Shown one piece after another: positions 10,201 through 19,390 of a DNA stretch of 52,284 nt (position 1 is the first letter of the stretch; the number at the start of each line of letters is the position of its first letter). The DNA lies in the IMG/VR virus record IMGVR_UViG_3300029610_000357, positions 1 to 52,284 of that record; one strand, given 5' to 3'. The notes under the pieces were generated by a model. The model was not told where the DNA came from, did no database searches, and saw only the letters and a program-made list of their open reading frames with translations. The translations under genes and the position numbers were made by a program. This DNA comes from a virus. Taxonomy: Duplodnaviria > Heunggongvirae > Uroviricota > Caudoviricetes.

Positions 10201-12129
10201 GGTTCCTGCACCACCAAGAACTTGTTTTGACAAATCACCAGAATACTTTAATAAATTCCAATGGAATCCTGCACCGTCTTGACCATCAGACCCATTATCA
10301 ATAACCCCGTAGCTTGTACAAGTCAGACTATAATTACTTGGAATAGCAGTAATATTTGCAAAGATTAAACAATCAGAACCTTTTGTAGTGTTCTTAACTT
10401 TTAATAACACACTGTCTCCAACTTTCAGTCCTGTTGTAGCATCATTTACTCCCCAAACTCCTGAATAACCAGAAGTAGAAAACTTATCTATATTTGTTTG
10501 GGTATATTCATACGAAGTTCTAATAATCTTTGTACTCGTTCCCTTATCCCCATATACTCCAATAACTTTAGGTGTGCTGATAGGTTCGCTCGTACCATCA
10601 CTATATTTAGTCTGGTAGCAATTCCATAAATACTTTTTATCCGCAGTGAGTTTTTGGGTTGTAATGTCCGTACTCCAACCAGAAGTAGAAGAAGTTACTC
10701 CAGAGGCTTGAGATGTTGCTAGGTAGTATTGAACTGTTTCTACAACGCCTTTTCCTTCGATATCTGATTGAGATGGACTCCAAGGAGTGTCGATATCTCC
10801 TTCAACTAGTTTGAGATTTTTGATGATAGAATAACCTACCTTACTTAAAGCATTTCTGCCTAGATATAGAATTTCGTTTGTAGGTGTTGTTTTTAAATCG
10901 TTCGTAGTTAAAACTACTGAGATGTGTTGCCACGTTTCATTCCCAATTATATTGTTTACAACGACAGTATTAGTGCAAAAATTACTTACGTCTCCTTTAC
11001 ATATAGAGTGACTTATAGCTCCTGATCTGTTTGCTTTAATATCGTAACTTAATGTATATTTTGTAGATGGTTTCAGTTGTTTCAACATCTTAATATCTTT
11101 AAATGAAACATAAGACCAATTTGATGTAGATATAGCCTCAGTACAAATTAGTTTTACAGCATTGATATTATCTTCTGTAATAAAATCTTCAACAGAATAT
11201 TTTCCGCCAGAAGACTCTGTTCCCCAATGTTTTTTACCACAATTTGTTTCACTTAACATATTCCAAGCAAAACTATTCCCATCTGCACCGTTTTTGCCAT
11301 CTTCACCTTTGCTTTTTATATATCCTAATAACTTAACAGTAACATTAGTACCAGAAATTGCAGTTACTTGCCAAGTACCAGTATTTGAACTACCATCAAG
11401 ACAAGTGTAAATATCTCCAACTATTGGGGTTCTGTTAAAACTAGAAGTGCTAGTATATGCGATTTCTCCTACGGTTGTATAAGTTCCAGTATAAGTTCTA
11501 TTTGACTGCAAAGCGTTTTTACCAGTTTCACCATAAGTACCACAAATAACAGGGGCGGTAATACTTCCTTTGGTTCCGTCATCATAAACAGTCTGCTTGC
11601 AATTCCAAAGATATTTCTTTTCTGATGTTAATTTCTGTGTTGTAGGATCAGTAGACCAACCATTTGTTGAACTCGTAACATTACTAGAAGCAGAAGTAGC
11701 AAGATAATATTCGATAACATTTTGAACCGATTTACCTTTGCTGCCATTTTCCCCCTTAACACCTTGAGGTCCTTGTTTCCCACAACTCCAGGAAAACTGT
11801 TTCTTAACAGTCTGCCCATCAAGCGTAATAGGAATCTCGATTACTCCCGTATCGGCACCGATAGTAGTACCAGCACTCACACTAAATGTAACTCTTTTAC
11901 TGCTCTTACTGACAGTAATCCCACTGCCAGAAGTAATATTTCCAATTGTGTAATCAGTCCGCTCCTGACTACCACGAATAACAATAATGTCTGTATAGTA
12001 ACTTTGTGCGGAAGTTACTTTTCTATTTGAATCTGTAGCGAATTGCTGTGCTTCGTTTGTTAACATGACTGTGAAAGGTTCTGTCATATTAGCAACAGTA
12101 ATCTCGCCATAGCCTAAAGTTTTACCCAT
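4234..12129 (-). CDS. large tail fibre / receptor-binding protein with repeated carbohydrate-binding-like modules and C-terminal intramolecular chaperone (peptidase S74-like)
   Basis: 2631 aa; short Gly-X-Y stretch, six NLL...K(L/I/V)ExG...PAPED-type modules, C-terminal SDERIKKN...GFKAQ...LRYDELIAP plus coiled coil. Confidence 0.88.
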   Translation of the reverse strand: MGKTLGYGEITVANMTEPFTVMLTNEAQQFATDSNRKVTSAQSYYTDIIVIRGSQERTDYTIGNITSGSGITVSKSSKRVTFSVSAGTTIGADTGVIEIPITLDGQTVKKQFSWSCGKQGPQGVKGENGSKGKSVQNVIEYYLATSASSNVTSSTNGWSTDPTTQKLTSEKKYLWNCKQTVYDDGTKGSITAPVICGTYGETGKNALQSNRTYTGTYTTVGEIAYTSTSSFNRTPIVGDIYTCLDGSSNTGTWQVTAISGTNVTVKLLGYIKSKGEDGKNGADGNSFAWNMLSETNCGKKHWGTESSGGKYSVEDFITEDNINAVKLICTEAISTSNWSYVSFKDIKMLKQLKPSTKYTLSYDIKANRSGAISHSICKGDVSNFCTNTVVVNNIIGNETWQHISVVLTTNDLKTTPTNEILYLGRNALSKVGYSIIKNLKLVEGDIDTPWSPSQSDIEGKGVVETVQYYLATSQASGVTSSTSGWSTDITTQKLTADKKYLWNCYQTKYSDGTSEPISTPKVIGVYGDKGTSTKIIRTSYEYTQTNIDKFSTSGYSGVWGVNDATTGLKVGDSVLLKVKNTTKGSDCLIFANITAIPSNYSLTCTSYGVIDNGSDGQDGAGFHWNLLKYSGDLSKQVLGGAGTYTATVESIEDKTTPSGQAEKITYTVQGTGGKFIQTGKYIKEGNIKQGKTYTVSVWCKCSSIKSTGVINAEFLDNKTYVNPTLSTEWQQYVVTGVANKDVTSTSSASAISFYYNDNMSVGDIFYISSPKVEEGDKASPWCTTYEETLAKNLTITPSSQYFKSTDGGKTFAPNTITIKPTIQGEISFGKWQYSIDGGVSFADVVSGQKGLTVSNNVLTVSKDSSLYSDAVTMITFRAVADDSSFYDTCSIAKIYDVSDIGDGRNLLWNSNFAKTDEAITGTTNSWGLHTRGTNLVASIDTSTKHNGFNTLKTVSAANGDKNSSNDLEWFAWGISERTSDNLHSKNQNYTLSFYAKASVTTDFIVRWGYDAYGADTTRTLTTNWQKYEIKLHQATSAYSITIIFKLLTAGTVWFSEFKLEKGSSATGYSTAPEDLQTAILSTKSEISDVSLKVDKNKQAIEQRVEKTTYQQDLNLVKGDISKANEGLNKWRYEIYPKSLFDSTDQGKSTIDIFAKNKNLTPSRTVLFNDTDLSIQWNSAENYIGYALTFTKFSAAKSVAITFAHDDGAHIYLNGKLIGGSDVYSQTGESLTLGFVKGWNCIEVVVNDKNSYEGFTLGTTISTISECQLMNCYYGTPVARQSHITNQLVENTTNIKGISTKVSKVTSVIGDNGENFTSFKNEYSDFKQTMNGFKTTVSQTYVTKDDFNGLEIGGRNLLLYSQTIRAHNDYYNVGWLTDEVETFNGCPVWSVKNQWGKLAWLFKSHVIDRGLVKVGDTLTYSLYAKTNNASGKSINCSYRFKGDANAYWFNGSGFNVGTSWARYSVTFTVTKDMLAADTYMTEIGFEETASMSGDDKVYYACPKLERGTKATDYTPAPEDNEINGQNLVSNLPSNWEQGSINYTANLAYGSLKSTLVSRLRTKDVFPVSGNITISAGTSTNSSKEELNFYYVLFDINKKSISHGDTWQSLTSPKIINCGNAKYMAIILRWGSGSTAITPSDISQICLKIERGTSATPFTLAPEDVNGKIVNVETIANQTAKKFEWIVKGGDSSSNFTLTDRVADLVAERINFKGLVTFSGLNTDAKNEIGKVAQSKVDGLEVGGRNLLVQKNITEGYLSTDGKGSFVGSGGGDQTSDWIDVSGNKYITITLYEDFTNTNNSGRYCEYDADKNCINTVVYNPRQKSSIIIELKSNTKYIRVTAIECKTRRYKIEAGNKATDWTPAPEDVSQDATNKASQALTDAKNYSSNAVNWVTNNGSSTTSLNSMVKKWTDGAVSDTTQINGGWIKANTITASKIALADFTNYSQLTRDTAATYGFAVTDDTDGTWFSTQGIRRDQFISETFPCNGGESYLIEYDISTNAKGANNSTDTKNYIGVAIGVYGYTGTVGSNGLPNKATNIWYATRVTGSEAAAVTHVKTTITTSTATKQFRIFLQSNGYYFEGTTKIRNLSVRRIYGGTLIVDGSITANKIATDAIKSRNYISSGGTQGSFLNLNDGSFTSPNLSWDSNGNLIAKNANLSGQINATKGTVGGWNIATNGLYSGIDENAIKIYSATTYDAQTMYQKQKIQDSFILSQKYINHFVSQQVSVGHNIPYWQTRSFIYNDSQIQLAQSDYCINTSSASNYDAQYSLKDGYISATRIYMEQNITQVGGDVINSSFSIGLDSMMGWCSIQSTKGINIYGNSSRALYVQSNDTSKYNALETEGDVVVNGKIHAVSGDNKIQLNSDNNGSIELYGNTPFIDFHSAYSSADYTCRIIANTPEQLLVCGKLRCDSNIISNNDLIANSWVYAGQNAHYTWQNQLDCYFSCGYYNNTNNVYYYAGYHAFYVNNDSGSGMMYINTNGVTSRVGFTKTSDERIKKNFESFDDNIIDAYMNIEPVKYQLKQSSNDNYHFGFKAQHVDKVFSDYGDTYNESFDICTSRPIDPDKAKELYGVDDMTEEYGLRYDELIAPTTYMVQHIYKELESTKGELAKVKQEKADLETRLQAIEAKLRL

Positions 12130-12202
12130 TCAAATATTTCCTCCTTAACGATAATTAGGCGTACATTAAAAAAGACAATAATGTACGCCCTGACATTATT
12201 GC

Positions 12203-14665
12203 CTATTCACTATCGTCAACGACTTCACAGCCGAAAATCATTTTCCCATTTACAACAGATGAATCTAAGAAAATTGCTTTTCCAGATGCATAATTAGAAG
12301 CTGTGTCCAATTCCACTCCTTTTTTATCTCTTCGAGTCCAGTTGTAAGTATATTTTGGAAGATCGTTACCAGTAGCTGCTGACCAAGCTGTTCCATTATA
12401 TTTCATTAAAGTAACTGTTTTAGCAGAAGCATCTACCTTATAATAAAAATCCCCGCTCGCAGGCTTTGTAGGAGCAGAAGTAGAGAATGTTGTAGATTTC
12501 AATGTATCAATTTCTTTTCCGTTTCTTGTAACGATTACATATAAAGCACCTGCACCCTGTCCATTAATCAATTGATCTCCTAAAGAACTCAGCACATTAA
12601 TTGAACATGGATCACTCTGGTCAATAACACTAACATACGCAGAATATGTTTTACCGCCATAAACAGCATTACATCTGAACGAAGCAACAGAATCTACCAT
12701 GCTAGGCGTTACTGTTAAATTTGCAGATGTAGCACTTGCGATATTTTGGTAAGCTCCGCTAACATATTTACTCCATTGATATGTAACACCAGAAGTGACA
12801 GTAGTTGTACCATTTGTTAATGTCGTTTGTAATAAAACCGTGTTGCTATCATTGATAATATGATTTCCATTAGGTGCATAAGCTTGGAATAATATAGCAT
12901 TTACGCCATTTGTAGCTTTCGTATTTTTGCTCCAATTAAATTTATGCGTAGATGTTAATCCTGCTGCAACTATAGAAATAGTAATATCTCCACTCATAGC
13001 ACTTGCCAAAGAAGCACCACTAGCAACAGCTAAGATAATTGATCCTTCGGCAGAAGCAGTTGCATCTGTATTGGATTTTACAGTTATTCCACTTGGTAAT
13101 GTTCCTACAGTAGCCTTACCTGCAATTCTTGTTGTCCCTTTATAGCAAGAATATGGAATTGTAATATCTTTAGCTGCACTGGCAGTTCCATTAGGGTTGC
13201 AAGGAATTACTTCGCTGTAATTTCCAAGAACTGTACTTACAGCAGAAGTACCATCTTTACCATTCCCACCATTTTTACCATCCGCAATAATTGTTACGGT
13301 CTGAGTATCCAATAATGTAGTTGTACCACCAGAAGCATATAATTCTGCTTTGATTGTCTTAATACTCGTGTTAGAAGGCGTATAATTTACACTGCCTTGA
13401 TCAGAACTTGATGTGTATTTCACTGTATATGTATTTCCATCTGTGCTTTCAGAGATTTTAAATCTACCAGAATAAGCTGTTGCAGCTGTAGTATTTCCAA
13501 TTCTCTTATAGGCACTGAACTTAGCCTGTGCTGGGCTAAGTACATTAGAAGCATTTAGTTTAAGAATATTACTTTCAGCTGTTACCTGATAAATAGTTGC
13601 ATCACTACCAGATCTGTCTTTATTTAAAGAAAATCTTTTTGTAATATTTGCCTGACCTGATTTAGTACATACAAATTCAACATAGCCAGAATCAACAGTA
13701 ATTCCTGTAACAGTATATTTTCTTGTGTCTCCATCCCATGTACCTGTGATACCATTACTTGGAGTAGCTTTGATAGTCCAGTTTGCTGAGTCGTCAACTC
13801 CACCTTTGTAGATAGTAATTGTAGTATCAGCACCTGTAAGAGATGAACTATATAATCCGCCATTGGCGTTACAAGGCACAGATTGTGTATCATTACTTAA
13901 TACGCAACTATAAACATCCTTACCTGCCGCTCCGTCCCTTAGCTTAACAATCTGATGAATATCATAAACATTATCATCATTTGTAAGTAATTTAATAACT
14001 GCCACATCATTTACAAACACTGCATCATTGTGATTTACAGTAAGAGTAGTAGTTGTGCCAGCGCTAGGATAAGCAGCGAATGTCCCATCTGATTTTTTAT
14101 ATTGCCATTGTTTTACAGAAGTATTTGTTAACATAGCAGTTAATGTGATAGAAGAAGCAGAAGTAATTGCTCCATCTCCATTGTATTTAAATGTCGTATC
14201 TCCAGTAATGCTACAGTCGGATAATTCAGTAGCTTGTTTCACCAGAGTAAAGGACATCTGACATCTTGTTTCTGCTTTAATTTGTGTGTCTGGATCAGTA
14301 TAAGCGATACTACAAATATAAGTGATCATTTCTGAACTATTCGGCACTAACATACTTTTGCTAACACTTAACACTCCACTAGATACACTTTCTCCTGTGA
14401 CAATATTTGTAGATGCTGCTGATCCAACCTTTCTCTGCCAAGTAATGCTTAGCCCAGTCTGAGTTAATGACACCTGTTTATTATCAATAAAAATGACTGG
14501 CGTAAGTACCAATTTACTTGCTGACCAGTCAGGATTATATTTTGTAGTTGTATTGGGATCGTATGATACAAAATTTGGTTGGTTCGATGTTACATATGCT
14601 TGTATCTGCTTCCCATCTGTTAGGTCTGTAATTGTAATCTCGCCATAGGCAAGCACTTTTCCCAT
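12203..14665 (-). CDS. baseplate / tail adsorption structural protein (beta-rich, Ig-like folds)
   Basis: 820 aa, Thr/Ser-rich, between Tal and tail fibre; N-terminus resembles that of the tail fibre. Confidence 0.7.
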   Translation of the reverse strand: MGKVLAYGEITITDLTDGKQIQAYVTSNQPNFVSYDPNTTTKYNPDWSASKLVLTPVIFIDNKQVSLTQTGLSITWQRKVGSAASTNIVTGESVSSGVLSVSKSMLVPNSSEMITYICSIAYTDPDTQIKAETRCQMSFTLVKQATELSDCSITGDTTFKYNGDGAITSASSITLTAMLTNTSVKQWQYKKSDGTFAAYPSAGTTTTLTVNHNDAVFVNDVAVIKLLTNDDNVYDIHQIVKLRDGAAGKDVYSCVLSNDTQSVPCNANGGLYSSSLTGADTTITIYKGGVDDSANWTIKATPSNGITGTWDGDTRKYTVTGITVDSGYVEFVCTKSGQANITKRFSLNKDRSGSDATIYQVTAESNILKLNASNVLSPAQAKFSAYKRIGNTTAATAYSGRFKISESTDGNTYTVKYTSSSDQGSVNYTPSNTSIKTIKAELYASGGTTTLLDTQTVTIIADGKNGGNGKDGTSAVSTVLGNYSEVIPCNPNGTASAAKDITIPYSCYKGTTRIAGKATVGTLPSGITVKSNTDATASAEGSIILAVASGASLASAMSGDITISIVAAGLTSTHKFNWSKNTKATNGVNAILFQAYAPNGNHIINDSNTVLLQTTLTNGTTTVTSGVTYQWSKYVSGAYQNIASATSANLTVTPSMVDSVASFRCNAVYGGKTYSAYVSVIDQSDPCSINVLSSLGDQLINGQGAGALYVIVTRNGKEIDTLKSTTFSTSAPTKPASGDFYYKVDASAKTVTLMKYNGTAWSAATGNDLPKYTYNWTRRDKKGVELDTASNYASGKAIFLDSSVVNGKMIFGCEVVDDSE

Positions 14666-14678
14666 ATAATTTTCCTCC

Positions 14679-17600
14679 TTAATTTAAAGTAGTTGCCAAT
14701 GTTTCTCCATCAACAACAAAAGAGCAACCAAAAGTCGCTCCATTCATAATATCTTGTCTATTTACAACAACACTTTTCATACCAGAGTGCTGTTCATTCC
14801 AATAAGTATCTCCATCTAAATCAGATGATTTTCTACACCATTCAAAGTGATTTTCTGACCATTCGTTTGTTACATCTGTACCATTTTTTGTCAATGTGAT
14901 ACTCAATGTAGATGTTCCGTCCACACCAAGCCTTGCTCCTGTAGAAGAAGTAAGAATGATATTATAACCCATCTCATTCATTTGAGAATCAAAATCATCC
15001 AATGTACTATTTACGCTTTCCTTAAATGTCGTATACTCAACTCCCCACAAACCGCCTTTGCCATCATAAATCTGTGTAATATCAACTCCGCCTTGTGCGT
15101 TCGCTTCAACGATAGGAAAGTTCAGCTTATCTTTAGAAACAGATTTATCTCCAAGCATATTATTTACAATCAATCCATCAGCAATCGCATCCTTAGTAAT
15201 GCCTTGACTTGTCATGATCGTTGCACCTTTATCGTCTTTGATAATAATGCTTGGATTCTTGTTCGTATCATAACCGATCTGGATTCCAACATTTCCTTCA
15301 GTATCTAAAAACTGCATAGCTGAGCCGTTCATGATAAAGTTGCCGTTCTCAGATAGGATACGCATTGTATCAGAGATTGTAATATCGCCTGCGGCTAAGT
15401 CTCCAATTGTCATTTTCCCTGCGATACCATTTATGATCCATGCAGAGTCAAACTTTGCATTTGCTGAGGATAGGTTGAATACGATACCTGTTTCTGTAGA
15501 AGAAGTACCGATGATTGCACTTTTAATGTTTGCTACTTCAGTTGTTAAATTCTTAAATTCACCAACATTAGCAATAACAACTCTTGCATTAATATAATCG
15601 GCATCAATATACTTAGAAAAGAATTTCTCAAACTCAGCTTCTGTACCAACAATTTTCTTTACATTTGTTTGGTTTGCTGTAATATTTAAAACACTGTTAG
15701 GCTGGCATTGAATATATTCACATACATTCCCTACAGCACTAGAGAAACCTGGAGAAGAAGCCAATTGTCCTGTCAAAGCTTTTAATAGCTCTGGAGTAAG
15801 AATTGCATTGATACTTTCATCTACGCCTGTATAGGTGTTAGATTTAATAGAATTCCTGCTATTCTTTGTAGAAGAGTTTAATAAGAATACTTCATCATCT
15901 CGTTTTGCTTGAGATTTAATCATATTGGTAAATGAAATTTCAAACTTTTCAGATGGGTCTTTAGGATTAAAACTAAATGTGTACAATCTGAATTTCTCTA
16001 AATTACCATGACCACCAAATTCATTCCCATCGTCAATTTCTAACCAGATATAATCTCCAAGAACCAATTGATCTAAATAAGGAGAGAAATTCTCATCACA
16101 TAATAGATTCTCAATCTGAGGAGAGTAGATATATTGTGGCTGGGCCTGTGAAGACAGTTCCTTAACTGCAGCCTGATATAAATCTTCAGCCCGATCAACA
16201 TAGGCTTCAATATCATCAAGGCTTGTGATTAAATAATTCTCATTTACATAATCGGTTGTAACATAAAGGTTTAATACTGTTTTTCCAAGGGTATTATAGT
16301 TTTCTGTACTATCTATAAACCCAAAACTTTTATTTTTCTTTAGACTACATTCGCCAATTAGGGAAGTACGAGCATTTAACTTATCTTCAACTTTTTTATT
16401 TGCGGTTTCATATTCGGACTCACGCTCTTGTAAAGCAGCTTGAGCATCAGCTAAATGCTGACTGTATTCTTGATAAACTTGGTAATAGTCTGTTGTGTTT
16501 TCAGAAACTTCGTAGGGTTTATCATAGCCATTTTGTTTTAGGGTATCTAATGTGTTCTGATAAGATTTGATTTTAATCTTTAACTCATCAACTCCATATA
16601 GTTCCCACTGAGTTTCCCACTTGTCGATCGGTTTTACCTTATCATCATCAGACTTGTAAATGTTATCAATGGCAATCTTAATGTTAGGAATAATTCCATC
16701 AACATAAGCAGTGTAAGTATACCAGCAACCATCTTTTCGCATCTGAAGTTGTAATTCATCACCTGTTAAAACAGTTTCATATGTACCATCTTCCTTTTTG
16801 ATGGGTTCACCATTCTCATTTTTTTTAGCATATCCATACTCTAATAAAATGAAATTAACAGCATCTATATAGATGTCAAGTTGCTTTTGAAGTTCATCTT
16901 CCTTGAATGTATCCCAATCAGTTTTTAAACCATCATTAGGAACACGACTTTTAATTTCATCAGCAACTTTCTTGTATTTGCCCCACATTCTAGTGAGATA
17001 AGAATAATACTCTCTACGAGTCATTTCTTTTGAAGTTCCATCATCAAGAGTATAAGTTACTTTTTCATTCTTGGTGCTATCCCAATGTGTTCCTCTATAT
17101 TTCAAATAAGCTTCATATTTGTCAATCAGATCCTTAGAAACCAATGGCTCTTTAAGAACGTATGATAAATTATCAATGGTAATTTCACCAAAGTTTACAT
17201 ATTTAATATCAAGATTCTCTCCACCAGCCACATTAAACTGTGTATAGACATCATTTGTTGCACCGGTTACACTTAAAGAATCAATATAGTTTGTTGTGCT
17301 TAGAGAAATACCTGTATCTTTACCAAGTTGACTGATATGATAACAATTGATCTTCCTATTTAATATGTCAAATGTGAACACGCATCTATAAGCCTGTGCT
17401 ACTTTCTGAGTTAAGAAAGCATAAACATTAATAGACTCTTCTTCAAATGTACCTCTTACGAAGAACCATTCGTCTTCTCCGTTCTCATTCTGTCTCTTAT
17501 AAGGAATAAGCCATTTGGTATTTCCCTCTTCGTCAACATAAGACTCATCAACATGTCCAACAGACCACCCAGGCAAGTTTTCAAGAACTAAATCTAACAA

Positions 17601-18104
17601 ACTTAACTGATGGTAGTTAGGATCATATAAAGCAACATAGCGTTTTAAGATCTTATTACCTGTTAATTTATCTTCGATAACATTCCCATCAGCAGTATAT
17701 TCTTTACTTCCTGTTTTTCCTGTATTAACATAGAAAGTAACTAAATCTTTATTCTCTAACTCAACATCACAAGACTCAGCTTTGACAGTCTTCATTTCTG
17801 AATATCCATCAAACTGAACACTTGGGACCTCAGTGATCACAAAGTATCCGATACGATCTATATAAATTTCCATTCCTTTATCTAGATATTCATATCCATT
17901 TGATAAGACAAAATTTGCATCATTGTTGACATCAATATACTTTTCTACACTAAAACTTAATTCCCATCTATCATTAAGAGTAGCAGTGAGAGAAGTAGTA
18001 GAAGTGTCAATGCTATTTAAGGCGCAAATTGCCTTGCCTTCTGGATTTACCAGATAAAAATCATAAGGCTCTGTATGATTGAAAATGTCTTTTATAAATT
18101 CCAA
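14679..18104 (-). CDS. Tal-like tail tip / baseplate hub protein
   Basis: 1141 aa directly after Dit; hub-like N-terminus (ELSFSV, GYFVI, GWSVGHVD, FTFDILNRKI) then coiled coil. Confidence 0.7.
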   Translation of the reverse strand: MEFIKDIFNHTEPYDFYLVNPEGKAICALNSIDTSTTSLTATLNDRWELSFSVEKYIDVNNDANFVLSNGYEYLDKGMEIYIDRIGYFVITEVPSVQFDGYSEMKTVKAESCDVELENKDLVTFYVNTGKTGSKEYTADGNVIEDKLTGNKILKRYVALYDPNYHQLSLLDLVLENLPGWSVGHVDESYVDEEGNTKWLIPYKRQNENGEDEWFFVRGTFEEESINVYAFLTQKVAQAYRCVFTFDILNRKINCYHISQLGKDTGISLSTTNYIDSLSVTGATNDVYTQFNVAGGENLDIKYVNFGEITIDNLSYVLKEPLVSKDLIDKYEAYLKYRGTHWDSTKNEKVTYTLDDGTSKEMTRREYYSYLTRMWGKYKKVADEIKSRVPNDGLKTDWDTFKEDELQKQLDIYIDAVNFILLEYGYAKKNENGEPIKKEDGTYETVLTGDELQLQMRKDGCWYTYTAYVDGIIPNIKIAIDNIYKSDDDKVKPIDKWETQWELYGVDELKIKIKSYQNTLDTLKQNGYDKPYEVSENTTDYYQVYQEYSQHLADAQAALQERESEYETANKKVEDKLNARTSLIGECSLKKNKSFGFIDSTENYNTLGKTVLNLYVTTDYVNENYLITSLDDIEAYVDRAEDLYQAAVKELSSQAQPQYIYSPQIENLLCDENFSPYLDQLVLGDYIWLEIDDGNEFGGHGNLEKFRLYTFSFNPKDPSEKFEISFTNMIKSQAKRDDEVFLLNSSTKNSRNSIKSNTYTGVDESINAILTPELLKALTGQLASSPGFSSAVGNVCEYIQCQPNSVLNITANQTNVKKIVGTEAEFEKFFSKYIDADYINARVVIANVGEFKNLTTEVANIKSAIIGTSSTETGIVFNLSSANAKFDSAWIINGIAGKMTIGDLAAGDITISDTMRILSENGNFIMNGSAMQFLDTEGNVGIQIGYDTNKNPSIIIKDDKGATIMTSQGITKDAIADGLIVNNMLGDKSVSKDKLNFPIVEANAQGGVDITQIYDGKGGLWGVEYTTFKESVNSTLDDFDSQMNEMGYNIILTSSTGARLGVDGTSTLSITLTKNGTDVTNEWSENHFEWCRKSSDLDGDTYWNEQHSGMKSVVVNRQDIMNGATFGCSFVVDGETLATTLN

Positions 18105-18130
18105 TTCACTCTCACGCCTCCTTTCTGAAT

Positions 18131-18964
18131 TTAAAAAGCTCCAACCTTCTTAGGTTCGAGCCACTTGATTTTTATTTTGCAACGACCTGTGATTTCAATT
18201 CTATTTTCTCCTGGGACAAGTCGTAACCAATATAATTTTTGTACAGTGTCCATCTTGAACACATTTGATAATACAATCCCTTTTCCATTCAGTTTAATAA
18301 CTTGATGCTGACAATTAATCTCATAGTTACCTTTTGTGTCCCATAAATGCATTGTGCTGCTATTATCTGAATGATTTGTAATTTGAAGATCAGTCCAAAG
18401 CTCAGGACTTTCAACTTCAATAATAGGATAAACATATTGTTCCAGTTCATCTGATCCACAATCAAGAACTAAAGATCCATTATGGTTAGGTGTTTCTAGT
18501 TTGTTTGTTAGATCAAATAAATTGCTTTCTTTTTCTACAAATCCATATGGTGCATTACACTCAAAGTCAATCTTTAAGCCAGCAATTCCTCCAGCAAGAG
18601 CAGGAGTAACCTTAGTAACAATGGCATAATAAACGACATCATTCTTGCTGCCATTACAGCCATAAAACTCTAATTTTCTATAGCTTTTAGGACTTGTTAA
18701 CCATCTAGTAACTTCAGATACTTCATTTTCAGTAAATCGTTTCTGATCCTCATGAAAAAGAGTAATCTGAAATCCAAGTTTTCCCGAATATTTTGTATTA
18801 TAAGCATGATAGATATTACGATTCATAGTAGTTGAACCGCTTACGATCTCTCTATCAAGACCGAATGAATCTTCGGATTTATCAAGATATCCGATGATCA
18901 TTTTATGTGAAAAGTCAGAAAGACTTTTATTGTTATAAGTAAAATTTATTGCATTTGAATACAT
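18131..18964 (-). CDS. distal tail protein (Dit)
   Basis: FTYNNKS, RWLTSPKSY, FECNAPYGF, WLRLVPGENRI motifs; position after tape measure. Confidence 0.8.
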   Translation of the reverse strand: MYSNAINFTYNNKSLSDFSHKMIIGYLDKSEDSFGLDREIVSGSTTMNRNIYHAYNTKYSGKLGFQITLFHEDQKRFTENEVSEVTRWLTSPKSYRKLEFYGCNGSKNDVVYYAIVTKVTPALAGGIAGLKIDFECNAPYGFVEKESNLFDLTNKLETPNHNGSLVLDCGSDELEQYVYPIIEVESPELWTDLQITNHSDNSSTMHLWDTKGNYEINCQHQVIKLNGKGIVLSNVFKMDTVQKLYWLRLVPGENRIEITGRCKIKIKWLEPKKVGAF

Positions 18965-19018
18965 AAAGTCTCCTTTCTAAAAAATTATCCTGTAAGATGT
19001 ACATTCTTAAAAATAACC

Positions 19019-19047
19019 TTTACTTTTGGAAGTTATTGTCATATAAT
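19019..19047 (+). promoter_or_regulatory. sigma-A-like promoter antisense to the late operon
   Basis: TTTACT-17 bp-TATAAT. Confidence 0.55.
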
Positions 19048-19108
19048 GACTTTATTCGTATTTTACATATGATGTCTGAAGGATATGTGGTAGGAAGGGG
19101 CATGTCGA

Positions 19109-19201
19109 GTGCTAAGAACATTACTTGTCGTGATTGGCGTTGCTGCGGACATCGCAAGCATAGCCTCACTCGTATTAACCGTATTAACTATACTTCAGTA
19201 A
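19109..19201 (+). CDS. 30-aa hydrophobic peptide (type I toxin-like / small membrane peptide); absent from the ORF track
   Basis: GTG start, AGGAAGGGG RBS, MLRTLLVVIGVAADIASIASLVLTVLTILQ*, upstream promoter. Confidence 0.6.
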   Translation: MLRTLLVVIGVAADIASIASLVLTVLTILQ

Positions 19202-19361
19202 TTAGAGATACATAGTTGTACAGGAAGCAAAAGATTTTTTGTATTAGATTCATAATATCTACTCACCTTAATTGCCCAACTGGTGTGCCGGATACTAGAA
19301 AGAAAACCCACGTAATAGATTAGGCGAAGATAGTACAAAAAACCGATGCTTACGAAAATAA

Positions 19362-19390
19362 TTGAATCAGTTCACAATATGTGTTATGAT
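19362..19390 (+). promoter_or_regulatory. second sigma-A-like promoter (extended -10)
   Basis: TTGAAT-17 bp-TATGAT with TG one base upstream of the -10. Confidence 0.5.

Noticed and set aside
12158..12189. Strong hairpin between baseplate and fibre genes as a terminator
   Set aside because: No U-tract follows the stem; more likely a stability or processing hairpin
18997..19215. 72-aa + strand ORF in the ORF track
   Set aside because: No RBS and the promoter lies inside it; the overlapping 30-aa frame has an RBS and coherent hydrophobic character
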